A stretch of 64,000 nucleotides of DNA from the NCBI GenBank assembly GCA_016212855.1, contig JACRDP010000003.1, positions 29,283 to 93,282 on the forward strand, read 5' to 3'. Each line of letters opens with the position of its first letter. The stretch's first letter is position 1. The DNA comes from Elusimicrobiota bacterium (GTDB lineage Bacteria > Elusimicrobiota > Elusimicrobia > UBA1565 > UBA9628). The translations under genes were made by a program, and so were the position numbers. Positions 37,321-45,880 of the stretch are shown piece by piece. Below the pieces are notes generated by a model, which saw only the letters and a list, made by a program, of their open reading frames with translations, had not been told where the DNA came from and ran no database searches.

Positions 37321-38753
37321 ACGCCGCCGAGACCGCCGCATCGGGCATAGGCGCCGATCTGGTGCGGCGGTTGTTCGTCCTGCTCAAGGCCGCGACCGTC
37401 TATGGGCCGAACAACGAGGGTTACCGCACGCACTCCGCCGAGGCCCGCGGGACCTTGACCGCGGCGCTCTCCCGGGCGGACCCGGTCCGAGTCGAGGTGC
37501 GCGAGGACCGCCTCTTTTTCAACGGCGCGCCGATCACTTTGCCGCCCGGGGAAGCCGGCGTTCGCTTTCTCTGCGCCGAACTGCGGCGCTGCGGCGCCGG
37601 CGGCCTGGAGTTTCGCGGGGCCCGCGCGGCGCTGGAACTCGACGCGTTCGTCTTCGCCTTCGTCAGCGGCGGCGCGCGGCGGGAGCGCTCGCTGAGTGAC
37701 ACGGCCCGGCTGCTGCGCGACGCGGGCGTGAACGCGATCACGCCGCTGGAGCCGGCGGGCGAGGACGAGGGAGCATGCGAACGGGCGCGGACGCCGGAGC
37801 CGGAATTCGGGGCCGACGCCGCGCGCCGGGCGTTCAGCCGGGCCGTCGATACGGTCGAGGAGGTCATGGCCCGCACGCGCGCAGGGCAGGACGCGGACCT
37901 CGGCGAGGCCAAGGTCGCGGCCGCGGAACTGGCCGAGCAGGTCGTCGCGGATCCGCAAGCGCTCTTCGAATTGTCGATCCTGCAGCGTTTCGACGAATAC
38001 ACGTACGCGCATTGCGTCAACGTCAGCATCTACTCCATCGCCATCGGCGACCGCCTCGGCCTGGGCACGGCGCGCCTCGCCGAGCTCGGCTTCGGCGCGC
38101 TGTTTCACGATTTGGGCAAGGCTCAGCTGCCGCGAGAGCTCATCGACAAGCCCGACGAATTCACCGAGGACGATTGGCGACTCATGCGCCGGCATCCCGC
38201 GCTCGGAGCCCGGGCTCTGCTGGCCCTGCGCCGGCCTCTCGACGCGCAGCTGGCGCGCGCGATTTCGATCGCCTTCGAGCATCACCTCGGCCTCGACGGC
38301 TCGGGCTATCCGAAGCTGACGCCGCCCCGGCGCCAGGAGCTGTTTTCCCGCATCTGCGCCGTGGCCGACGCGTTCGACGCCATGACCTCGGGCCGGGTGT
38401 ACGCCAAGCGCGCGATGAGCCCCGATGAAGCGCTGCGCCGCATGGTCCAGCGCGCGGGCACCGCCTTCGATCCCCTCCTGCTGCGCGTCTTCATCAACAT
38501 CGCCGGAGTCTTCCCCATCGCAACCGCCGTGCGCCTCGACACGGGAGAGCGCGCCGTGGTCCGCCGCAACGGCGACGATCTGCTCCGGCCCGACGTCGTC
38601 GTGCTCGCCGACGACGGCCGGGCGCGGGCGAAGTCGTCGCGGCGCGCGATTCAACGCACGCTGGACCCGGAGGAGAACGGCATCGACGCGCGGGAGGTCC
38701 TGCGCAGGGCCGCGAGCGCCTCGTCCTCGGTGACGCTCGAAAAATCGCGGTAG
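37317..38753 (+). CDS. HD-GYP domain protein (putative c-di-GMP phosphodiesterase) with an uncharacterised N-domain
   Basis: HCVNVS, FHDLGK and HHLGLDGSGYP motifs. Confidence 0.8.
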   Translation: MNAAETAASGIGADLVRRLFVLLKAATVYGPNNEGYRTHSAEARGTLTAALSRADPVRVEVREDRLFFNGAPITLPPGEAGVRFLCAELRRCGAGGLEFRGARAALELDAFVFAFVSGGARRERSLSDTARLLRDAGVNAITPLEPAGEDEGACERARTPEPEFGADAARRAFSRAVDTVEEVMARTRAGQDADLGEAKVAAAELAEQVVADPQALFELSILQRFDEYTYAHCVNVSIYSIAIGDRLGLGTARLAELGFGALFHDLGKAQLPRELIDKPDEFTEDDWRLMRRHPALGARALLALRRPLDAQLARAISIAFEHHLGLDGSGYPKLTPPRRQELFSRICAVADAFDAMTSGRVYAKRAMSPDEALRRMVQRAGTAFDPLLLRVFINIAGVFPIATAVRLDTGERAVVRRNGDDLLRPDVVVLADDGRARAKSSRRAIQRTLDPEENGIDAREVLRRAASASSSVTLEKSR

Positions 38754-39319
38754 AGGCCGCAGACGTCCGTGGAGCTCTCCACGACGCGCAGGCAGACGAC
38801 CTCGTCGGCCGCGCGCCGAAGGGCCTCGTACGCCTCGCGCGAGGCGACGGGAACGGCCGCGACGATCTTCGCCGCGCCCTCGCGGCGCAGACGGCGAACG
38901 GCGGCGATCAGGGACAGTTCCGAGGCCGCTTCATCGTCGGTCAGAATCACGATCCGGCCGGCCACGGGCGTGAAGCGGACGGCCCGATGGTAGTCCCAAT
39001 AGCGCCCGCGCAATACCGCCCGCGCCTTCTCCACCGCCGCGGCGACGTACTCCTCCGAGACGCCGCCTTCGCCCGTCGTCGCGCTGTCGACATCCACGCT
39101 CGTCAGGCTGACCGCCCCGATCACGACCCCGGGCTCGTCCGGGTGTTCGAGCTTGGCGATCAGAATCGCGTTGAGCGCCAAGCCGAGCTCGCGCGCGATC
39201 TCGCCGCCCACCGGCATCCCTCCGCGCGGGATCGCCAGGACCAACGCGTCCTTGCGGTCCTTGTAACGGCTGAGCTCCCACGCCAAGCGCGCCCCCGCGT
39301 CCGTCCGGTCGCGAAACAT
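38651..39319 (-). CDS. Phosphoribosyltransferase-family paralog with a degenerate PRPP loop
   Basis: RGGMPVG is retained, but the PRPP loop reads VILTDDEAASELS instead of DDGxATGxT. GGAGG precedes the ATG. Confidence 0.7.
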   Translation of the reverse strand: MFRDRTDAGARLAWELSRYKDRKDALVLAIPRGGMPVGGEIARELGLALNAILIAKLEHPDEPGVVIGAVSLTSVDVDSATTGEGGVSEEYVAAAVEKARAVLRGRYWDYHRAVRFTPVAGRIVILTDDEAASELSLIAAVRRLRREGAAKIVAAVPVASREAYEALRRAADEVVCLRVVESSTDVCGLYRDFSSVTEDEALAALRRTSRASMPFSSGSSVR

Positions 39320-39344
39320 GGCACACCTCCGCCCACCTCCGCGA

Positions 39345-39360
39345 CGCAACGAAAACACCA
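39345..39360 (-). promoter_or_regulatory. Sigma-54-type promoter TGGTGTTTTCGTTGCG
   Basis: Predicted +1 near 39334, giving a 15-nt leader with GGAGG. Confidence 0.55.
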
Positions 39361-39374
39361 CGCCCGCGTCACGT

Positions 39375-39390
39375 TGGCCGAATGGTTGCA
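39375..39390 (+). promoter_or_regulatory. Sigma-54-type promoter TGGCCGAATGGTTGCA (pilT operon)
   Basis: Near-consensus motif. The -12 C (39389) is 14 nt before GTG 39403. Confidence 0.65.
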
Positions 39391-39402
39391 ACCCCGTCGT
39401 AA

Positions 39403-40500
39403 GTGCCGGCGGGGTGCGCCATGACAAACGACATCGTACGCGTGCTGAGCGTCGCGCTCGCCCGCAAGGCCAGCGATATTCATCTTTCGGTCGGGCGCGC
39501 GCCGATCCTGCGCGTCAACGGCGAGCTCGTCGATCTGGCCGAGGCGCCGGTCCTCGACGCCGCCTCCTGCCGGGCGTTGGTCTACTCCTTCCTGAGCGAG
39601 CAGCAGCGCGCCCGTCTCGAGGAGGAGCTCGAGCTGGATTGCTCGTTCACCGTGCCCGAGCTGGGGCGTTTTCGCGCCAACGTCCTGTATCAGCGCGGCG
39701 GCGTCGAATGCGCCCTGCGCTTCGTGCCCGCGACGATCCCCTCGCCGGAAAGCCTGGGGCTCGGGCCGGCGGCGATGAGCCTGGCGGAGCTCCCGCGCGG
39801 GCTCATCCTCGTCACCGGACCCACGGGCTCGGGCAAGTCCACCACCATGGCCTGCCTCATCGAGCGCATCAACGCCACGAGCCGCCGTCACATCCTCACC
39901 ATCGAGGATCCCATCGAGTTCATCTACCCCCGGCGTCAAGCCCTCATCCGTCAGCGGGAGGTCGGCTCGGACACGAAGTCCTTCGCCGAGGCCCTGCGTC
40001 ACTCGATGCGCGAGGATCCCGACGTCATCCTGATCGGCGAGATGCGCGACCTCGAGACCATCTCTTTGGCCCTCACGGCCGCCGAAACCGGGCATCTGTG
40101 CCTGTCCACCCTGCACACAATCGATTCGGTCCAGTCCCTCAACCGGATCATCGACGTCTTTCCCGCCCACCAGCAGGCCCAGGTCCGCGTGCAGTTGGCC
40201 GGGGCGCTCAAAGGCGTGATCTCGCAGATCCTCGTGCCGCGCCTCGGCGGGAGCGGGCGCATCGCGGCGCGCGAGCTCATGCTGGTCAACGCGGCCGTAG
40301 CCAATCTGATCCGAGAGAACAAAACCCACCTCATCTCCACCACGATCGAGACGAGCGGCGGGGCAGGTATGTTCACGTTGGACCGCTCTTTGACCGCCTT
40401 GGTCCAGCGCGGCGTCGTGTCCTTCGAGGACGCCCTCGCGCGGGCGCAGGATCCGGAGCGGCTGACCGCGGCGTGCCGGAAGGCGGGGGTGGCGGCATGA
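39403..40500 (+). CDS. pilT: Type IV pilus retraction ATPase PilT (alternative start ATG 39421)
   Basis: ASDIHL, Walker A GPTGSGKST, Asp box, Walker B ILIGEMRD and His box TLHT. Confidence 0.9.
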   Translation: MPAGCAMTNDIVRVLSVALARKASDIHLSVGRAPILRVNGELVDLAEAPVLDAASCRALVYSFLSEQQRARLEEELELDCSFTVPELGRFRANVLYQRGGVECALRFVPATIPSPESLGLGPAAMSLAELPRGLILVTGPTGSGKSTTMACLIERINATSRRHILTIEDPIEFIYPRRQALIRQREVGSDTKSFAEALRHSMREDPDVILIGEMRDLETISLALTAAETGHLCLSTLHTIDSVQSLNRIIDVFPAHQQAQVRVQLAGALKGVISQILVPRLGGSGRIAARELMLVNAAVANLIRENKTHLISTTIETSGGAGMFTLDRSLTALVQRGVVSFEDALARAQDPERLTAACRKAGVAA

Positions 40501-42380
40501 GCCCGGACACCCGTCTCGATCCCGCGCGCCTCCTGGCGGAGCTCGACGCCCTCATCGGGCCGATGCCCGAGGAGACGCCGCGAGCCGCGCCGCAACCCGC
40601 CCCGCCGCCGCCGGCGCCGGAGGAAAGCCCGCCCCCCTCTCCCGTCCGGGAGGCGCGGTCCCGCACGACCGCGCCGCGCGTGCTCCTAGTCGAGGACAAC
40701 GCGGACTACCGCAAGGTGCTCCGTTACCTCCTCGCGTCCAACGGCTACGCGGTGTCGGAGGCGCGCGACGGAGCGGAAGGGCTCGCCGCCGCGCGCGAGC
40801 TTCGTCCCGACCTGGCCCTGCTCGACTTCGAGATGCCGCGCATGAACGGCTACGAGCTCCTTTTGGAGTTGCGCCGCAGCGAAGACACACGCAAGCTGCC
40901 CGTGGTTTTTCTCACGGGCGCGGCCAACCGGCGCCATCTCAAAGATCTGAGCCTCGATGTGGCCCGCTTTCTGGACAAGCCGATATCCAACAGCCAGCTG
41001 CTTGAGACCGTCGCGGATCTGCTGGGCGCGCCTCCGCTTCCCGCGCCCGAGGCGGCGCCGGAGGAAGCCGCGTCTGCGGCCGCCGCCCCTCCGCCGGCCG
41101 AGGAGGCCATGCCGCTTCTCGAAGATATCGTCGACGCGAGCGGCGACGACATTCTCATCGAAGAGCAGAAGAAGGAGCGCGAGGAGGACGCCGCGGGCCT
41201 CGACGTGCTGGCCAACGACTCACCGCTCGTCAACCGGATCAACAAGATTCTCGTGCAGGCGGTCGAAATGGGCGCCAGCGACGTGCACATCGAGCCCCAG
41301 GAGAAATCCATCGCCGTGCGCGTGCGCGTGGACGGCTCTCTGCGCCTGCTCTGCCGGCTTCCCATCGCGCTTCACACGCAGGTCGCCGCGCGCGTCAAGA
41401 TCATGTCCAACCTGGTCATCACCGAACGGCGCCGCCCGCAGGACGGACAGGTGCGCGCCGAGATCAAAGGGCGCAAGATCGAATTCCGCGTCAGCACGAT
41501 CCCGTCGCTGTACGGCGAGAAGGTGGTGATGCGCATCCTCGGCGGCGTCAAGCTCAAGGAGAAGCTCGAGGAGCTTCAGTTCTCCCCCCGCGACCTCGAG
41601 GTCTGCGCCAAGGCGCTGCAAAGCCCGCACGGCCTGCTGCTCGTCACCGGCCCGACCGGCAGCGGCAAGAGCACCACGCTGTACACGATGGTCCGCCAGC
41701 TCAATCAGCCCGACGTGAACATCATGACGGCCGAGGACCCCGTCGAGTACGAGCTGGCCGGGATCACCCAGGTGCCGGTGCGAGCGGCCATCGGCGTCAC
41801 CTTCGAGGCGGTGCTGCGCTCCTTCCTGCGCCAGGACCCCGACATCATGCTCGTCGGCGAGATTCGCGATCTGGAGACCGCCGAGATCGCGGTCAAGGCC
41901 GCGATCACGGGCCACCTGGTCCTGTCCACCTTGCACACGAACAGCGCTCCCGCGTCCGTGATGCGCCTGACCCACATGGGGCTGGCGCCCTATCTGGTCG
42001 CCGACAGCCTCAAGCTCGTGATCGCCCAGCGGCTCGTGCGGCGGATCTGCCCCGAGTGCCGCGAGCCGGCGCCGCCGAGCGAAGAGGCCATCCGCATCAT
42101 CGGAGAAGCCCACCGCGACAAGCTCGCCAAGGCCTGCGCGGGCAAAGGCTGCGCCGCCTGCCACAACAGCGGCTACAAAGGCCGCATGCCGCTGTTCGAG
42201 GTGATGAACGTGGGCACGCCGGAGCTTCGCGCGCTCATCCTCGCGAGCGCGAGCCTGGACAAGCTGACCAAGCAGGCGCAGGCCGAGGGCATGCGCTCGC
42301 TGGCGGAGGCGGCGCTCGACGCGGTGGCGGAGGGCGCTACGACCGTGGAGGAGGCCCGGGACATCATCCTGTCCGAGTGA
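40497..42380 (+). CDS. Response-regulator receiver domain fused to a PilB/GspE-type secretion ATPase
   Basis: A Pro-rich N-terminus is followed by a REC domain (VLLVEDN, LALLDFEMP, FLDKP). The GspE core has ASDVHIEP, GPTGSGKSTT, MLVGEIRD and a tetracysteine CPEC...CAAC. ATGA overlap with pilT. Confidence 0.85.
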   Translation: MSPDTRLDPARLLAELDALIGPMPEETPRAAPQPAPPPPAPEESPPPSPVREARSRTTAPRVLLVEDNADYRKVLRYLLASNGYAVSEARDGAEGLAAARELRPDLALLDFEMPRMNGYELLLELRRSEDTRKLPVVFLTGAANRRHLKDLSLDVARFLDKPISNSQLLETVADLLGAPPLPAPEAAPEEAASAAAAPPPAEEAMPLLEDIVDASGDDILIEEQKKEREEDAAGLDVLANDSPLVNRINKILVQAVEMGASDVHIEPQEKSIAVRVRVDGSLRLLCRLPIALHTQVAARVKIMSNLVITERRRPQDGQVRAEIKGRKIEFRVSTIPSLYGEKVVMRILGGVKLKEKLEELQFSPRDLEVCAKALQSPHGLLLVTGPTGSGKSTTLYTMVRQLNQPDVNIMTAEDPVEYELAGITQVPVRAAIGVTFEAVLRSFLRQDPDIMLVGEIRDLETAEIAVKAAITGHLVLSTLHTNSAPASVMRLTHMGLAPYLVADSLKLVIAQRLVRRICPECREPAPPSEEAIRIIGEAHRDKLAKACAGKGCAACHNSGYKGRMPLFEVMNVGTPELRALILASASLDKLTKQAQAEGMRSLAEAALDAVAEGATTVEEARDIILSE

Positions 42381-42384
42381 CGCC

Positions 42385-43167
42385 ATGATCATCGACCTCG
42401 ACACGCCGGCGCCGTCCGCGACGCGTCCGAATCCTCCCGAGCCGGAGCGCGACTTGATCCGGCGCGGCCGCGAGCAGCGTCTGACCTTCGACGTCCCGGG
42501 CTTCGAGGAGGCCGTGCCTCTCCTGCGCGAGGCCATCGAGCGCTGTCCGACCTCGGCCGAGGCCTACGCGGAGCTGTCTTTGACCTACTCCGCCTGGGGC
42601 CTTCGCCGCGAGTCCTCCTGCACGGGCCTGCGGCACGAACTGCGCGTCATCGAATTCCAGAGCCTCTACGATCTGGCCTACGATTACGCCGAGCTCGCCC
42701 TCCGGCTGGCGCCGGAGCTCGCGGCCGCCCATCTCGCCATGGCCTCGGCCCTGCGCCGCGGCGTGAGAAGCGACCTCGAGCGGCGCTCCCGCGAGGCCCT
42801 GCTCGCCGCCGAGCTCGACGGCGAGGACCTCGAATGCCTGACCGAGCGCTGGCGGGTTCACGGCTACGATCCCGATGATCCGGCCGTGAGGCGCGCGGTG
42901 GAGGCGACGCCGCCGCTGCTGCCGGCCCAGCTCGACCTGGCCGAATCCCTCGCCGAGCGCGGCCGCTACGCCGAAGCGCTCACCGAGCTCGAGCGCGCGC
43001 TGCGCCTGCACCCGGCGAACGCGCAGGTTTACTACGACATCGCCATGCTCCTCGACCGCAAGGGTCTGCGCGTCAAAGCCCTCGAGCTCCTCGGCCACGC
43101 GCGCAAGATGAGGCCGGAGGATCCGCTGGTCAAGCAGGGGTTCGCGCTGCTGGGGGAGGCCGTATGA
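42385..43167 (+). CDS. TPR-repeat protein
   Basis: Repeated A-x3-L-x2-A-L helical pairs (YAEALTELERALRLHPANAQVYYDIAMLL). Confidence 0.6.
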   Translation: MIIDLDTPAPSATRPNPPEPERDLIRRGREQRLTFDVPGFEEAVPLLREAIERCPTSAEAYAELSLTYSAWGLRRESSCTGLRHELRVIEFQSLYDLAYDYAELALRLAPELAAAHLAMASALRRGVRSDLERRSREALLAAELDGEDLECLTERWRVHGYDPDDPAVRRAVEATPPLLPAQLDLAESLAERGRYAEALTELERALRLHPANAQVYYDIAMLLDRKGLRVKALELLGHARKMRPEDPLVKQGFALLGEAV

Positions 43168-44975
43168 ACGATCAACCGACGACCGTCGCGCCGCGCGTCA
43201 TGGACCTGTGCCGGGTCTTCCTCAAATCCTTCGGCCAGACCGTGAAGCTCGTCTCGCTGTACAGCGCGGGCCACCCCGTGCCCGCCTCCTCCCAGCAGGA
43301 ATCCTGGCAGCTGCTCCATGAGATCTTCTCGGAGAGCGGCTGGCCCGAGATCACCTTCGCCCTCGTCGCCGGCCGCTGGCTCGTCAACGGCCAGCTCGCG
43401 GCCGACTCCGCGCAGGCTTACGAGCTGCTCGCCATCGCCTTCCGCGCTCACGCCCTGCACAGCGTCACCTTCCGCCCGGAGTGCCGCCTCTACGAGCTGT
43501 CCGCGCTGTGCGAGCTGGCGTCCACGCCCCCCAACCGCGCCTACCAGACCAACGCCGACGACTTCCTGAAGGAGCGCGGCGTCCGTCACATCTCGGCCAA
43601 CGTCGAGGAGTTCATGAAGGCCCGGCGCGTGACCTTGCCCGCCTCTGCGCTCGTGCAGAAGCCGCAGCCGGCCGCGCCGGCGCCCCGGCCGGCCGCGCCG
43701 CCGGCGCCCCCGCGCGCGGAGCCCGCGAAGCCCGTGCTGGGCTTCGGCTCCTTCATCAAGAATCTGGTGGATAAGGCCGTCTCCGATCCGCGCGAGCGCG
43801 CCCAAATCTACGCCGAGGCGCTCAAGCACGTCGAGCAGGCCCTGGTCCGGCGCGCCTCCGAGTCCTCGCATAAGCTCCTGCTCGAGAAGCAGTGCGTCGT
43901 CAACGAGCGGGTGCGCGCCGAGAGCGTCATGACGACCGTCGCGCAGGGCAAGGTGATCGTCGACCAGGAGGGCCGCATCCTGATGATGGACCCGGCCGCC
44001 GAGGAGATCGTCGGCCATCCCTTCGCGGCCGTGGCCGGAAAGAAGATTCTCGAGGGGCTCGACGGGCTGCAAAGCGAGGATAAGTTCGTCGTGCTGGCCA
44101 AGGAGCTCGTCATCCCGGAGAACCGCCCGGTCTCAGAGGAAATTCTCCACGCCGGCGCGTCCGAGGCCATGAGCGCCTTCCGCCAGTCGGTGGCCGTGGT
44201 CCACGACGAGCAGGGGCGCGTCGTGGGCACGTACGCGGTGCTCCCGCACGCCGCGAAGTTCCGCGAGGCGCAGCGGATGCAGGAAGAGTTCATGGCGAAC
44301 ATCACCCACGACCTCAAGGCGCCCCTGACCTCGATCTGTTCGGCGCTCGAGGTGCTCAACGACACTTTGCGCCCGCAGCTGCACGGCGAGGACGCGGAAT
44401 TCCTCGACATCTGCGTGCGCAACAGCGGCACTTTGCGCCAGATGATCGACGAGCTGCTCGATTTCTCCAAGGTCAGCTCCGGGCGCATGACCGTGCACCC
44501 GGAGAAGACGCCGCTCGAACCGCTGCTGCGGGAGTGCGCCCAAGTCCTTTTGCCCTGGGCGCGCTCCAAGCGCATCGTCTTGGAGGTCGAGCCCGATCCG
44601 GACGGCAAGGCCCTGCCGCACGTGCTCGCGGACCGGCGCCGCGTCCTGCAGGTGCTCAACAACTTGGTTTCGAACGCCATCAAGTTCACGCCCGAAGAAG
44701 GACGAGTCGCGTTGTCGGCCGCCCCCGGCGGCACGGACCGGCCCGGAACGGTGGTCGTGACCGTGCGCGACACCGGGTGCGGCATAGCGCCGGAAGATCA
44801 GAAGCGGCTCTTCGAGCGCTTCTCCCAGGGACAGTCCGAGCGCCGCGAGGGGGTGGGCCTGGGACTGGCGATCGCGCGCGAGCTCGTCCTGCAGCATCGC
44901 GGCGAATTGTGGATGGACAGCGAGCCCGGTCGCGGCTCGACTTTTTCGTTCACCTTGCCTTGCAGCCCGCCCTGA
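43164..44975 (+). CDS. Sensor histidine kinase (PAS plus HisKA plus HATPase_c), cytoplasmic
   Basis: H-box ITHDLKAPLTSI, N-box LNNLVSNAIKFT, G1 DTGCGI and G2 GVGLGLAI. Confidence 0.85.
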   Translation: MNDQPTTVAPRVMDLCRVFLKSFGQTVKLVSLYSAGHPVPASSQQESWQLLHEIFSESGWPEITFALVAGRWLVNGQLAADSAQAYELLAIAFRAHALHSVTFRPECRLYELSALCELASTPPNRAYQTNADDFLKERGVRHISANVEEFMKARRVTLPASALVQKPQPAAPAPRPAAPPAPPRAEPAKPVLGFGSFIKNLVDKAVSDPRERAQIYAEALKHVEQALVRRASESSHKLLLEKQCVVNERVRAESVMTTVAQGKVIVDQEGRILMMDPAAEEIVGHPFAAVAGKKILEGLDGLQSEDKFVVLAKELVIPENRPVSEEILHAGASEAMSAFRQSVAVVHDEQGRVVGTYAVLPHAAKFREAQRMQEEFMANITHDLKAPLTSICSALEVLNDTLRPQLHGEDAEFLDICVRNSGTLRQMIDELLDFSKVSSGRMTVHPEKTPLEPLLRECAQVLLPWARSKRIVLEVEPDPDGKALPHVLADRRRVLQVLNNLVSNAIKFTPEEGRVALSAAPGGTDRPGTVVVTVRDTGCGIAPEDQKRLFERFSQGQSERREGVGLGLAIARELVLQHRGELWMDSEPGRGSTFSFTLPCSPP

Positions 44976-45318
44976 ACGCCCAGGCGCCGCACCCAACCGT
45001 CCGCCGACCAGAGAAAGCGCGAGACCTTTCCCTCCGCGGGCCGCCGGCGCGACAACTCCAGCGCCAGCGATATCGCCGCCAGCCGACGATCCCGGTACAT
45101 GGCTCCCCCCGCCTTCTCTCCGCGGTGCAACGCTACGGCTCGCGGCCGTCTCGTTGCGTCATCATGAGCAGGAGGCCGGGAGAGCCCGTGACCTCCTCCG
45201 GGTAAAGGCGAGACCGGACGCGCGAAAGCGCGGCGATCGGCCCGCCTCCCGGATGGCGAGGGGCGCAAAGAGTTGGAGCGAACGAGGACCGGTCGAGGCC
45301 GGCCCTCGTTCGTCGCTT

Positions 45319-45816
45319 TCAGGCCGGCACGGTGCGCGCGCGACGGCCGAGCTCGCGCAACAGACCCGCCGGAAGGCGGGCGCGCAGCTCCGGGAACACG
45401 ACGTTCTCCTCGTAGACCATATGCGCCTCCAGCTCCTCGCACAGGCGGGAGAGAACGGTGCGCAGGCGGTACACGTGCTCGCCGTCGCCGCTGGCGGCGA
45501 CGGCGCCGAAGAGCTTCGTCATCTCCATGACGGCGCGGTGTCCTTCCTCGATGGCCGCGGACAACGCGGGGTCCATCCCGGCTTGGCGCAGCACCCGCGT
45601 CAAATACGCGTCCTCCATGGCCTCGTGAGCCTTGAACTCCGTGAAGAAGCGGTCCAGCGCGCGCGCGAACAGCTTGCGGTCCGCCGTCGCGCGATCATCC
45701 CACCCGATCCCGCTGGGGCGGTCGATCAGGACGGTCAGAAACGCGAGCGTGCCGCGGAGCTTTCCGTGGCCTTCGAGCAGGCGGTCGATGATATCCATGT
45801 GCCTCCGGACGGGCAT
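45319..45816 (-). CDS. Hemerythrin-like (HHE cation-binding) domain protein
   Basis: Spaced H/E pattern (HGKL..., FKAHEAMED, IEEGHRAV, LEAHMVYEE). The start was chosen at the ATG that coincides with the predicted sigma-54 +1. Longer starts (45864, 46011) overlap the divergent promoter. Confidence 0.6.
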   Translation of the reverse strand: MPVRRHMDIIDRLLEGHGKLRGTLAFLTVLIDRPSGIGWDDRATADRKLFARALDRFFTEFKAHEAMEDAYLTRVLRQAGMDPALSAAIEEGHRAVMEMTKLFGAVAASGDGEHVYRLRTVLSRLCEELEAHMVYEENVVFPELRARLPAGLLRELGRRARTVPA

Positions 45817-45826
45817 CGGGACGGGG

Positions 45827-45842
45827 CGCAACGCTTCGTCCA
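45827..45842 (-). promoter_or_regulatory. Sigma-54-type promoter TGGACGAAGCGTTGCG (hemerythrin)
   Basis: The -12 C (45828) is 12 nt before ATG 45816. Confidence 0.5.
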
Positions 45843-45852
45843 ACGCGACGAT

Positions 45853-45868
45853 TGGCCGGTTCATTGCA
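45853..45868 (+). promoter_or_regulatory. Sigma-54-type promoter TGGCCGGTTCATTGCA (PAS-GGDEF)
   Basis: Near-consensus motif. The -12 C (45867) is 14 nt before GTG 45881. Confidence 0.65.
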
Positions 45869-45880
45869 CACCCGCAGGGC

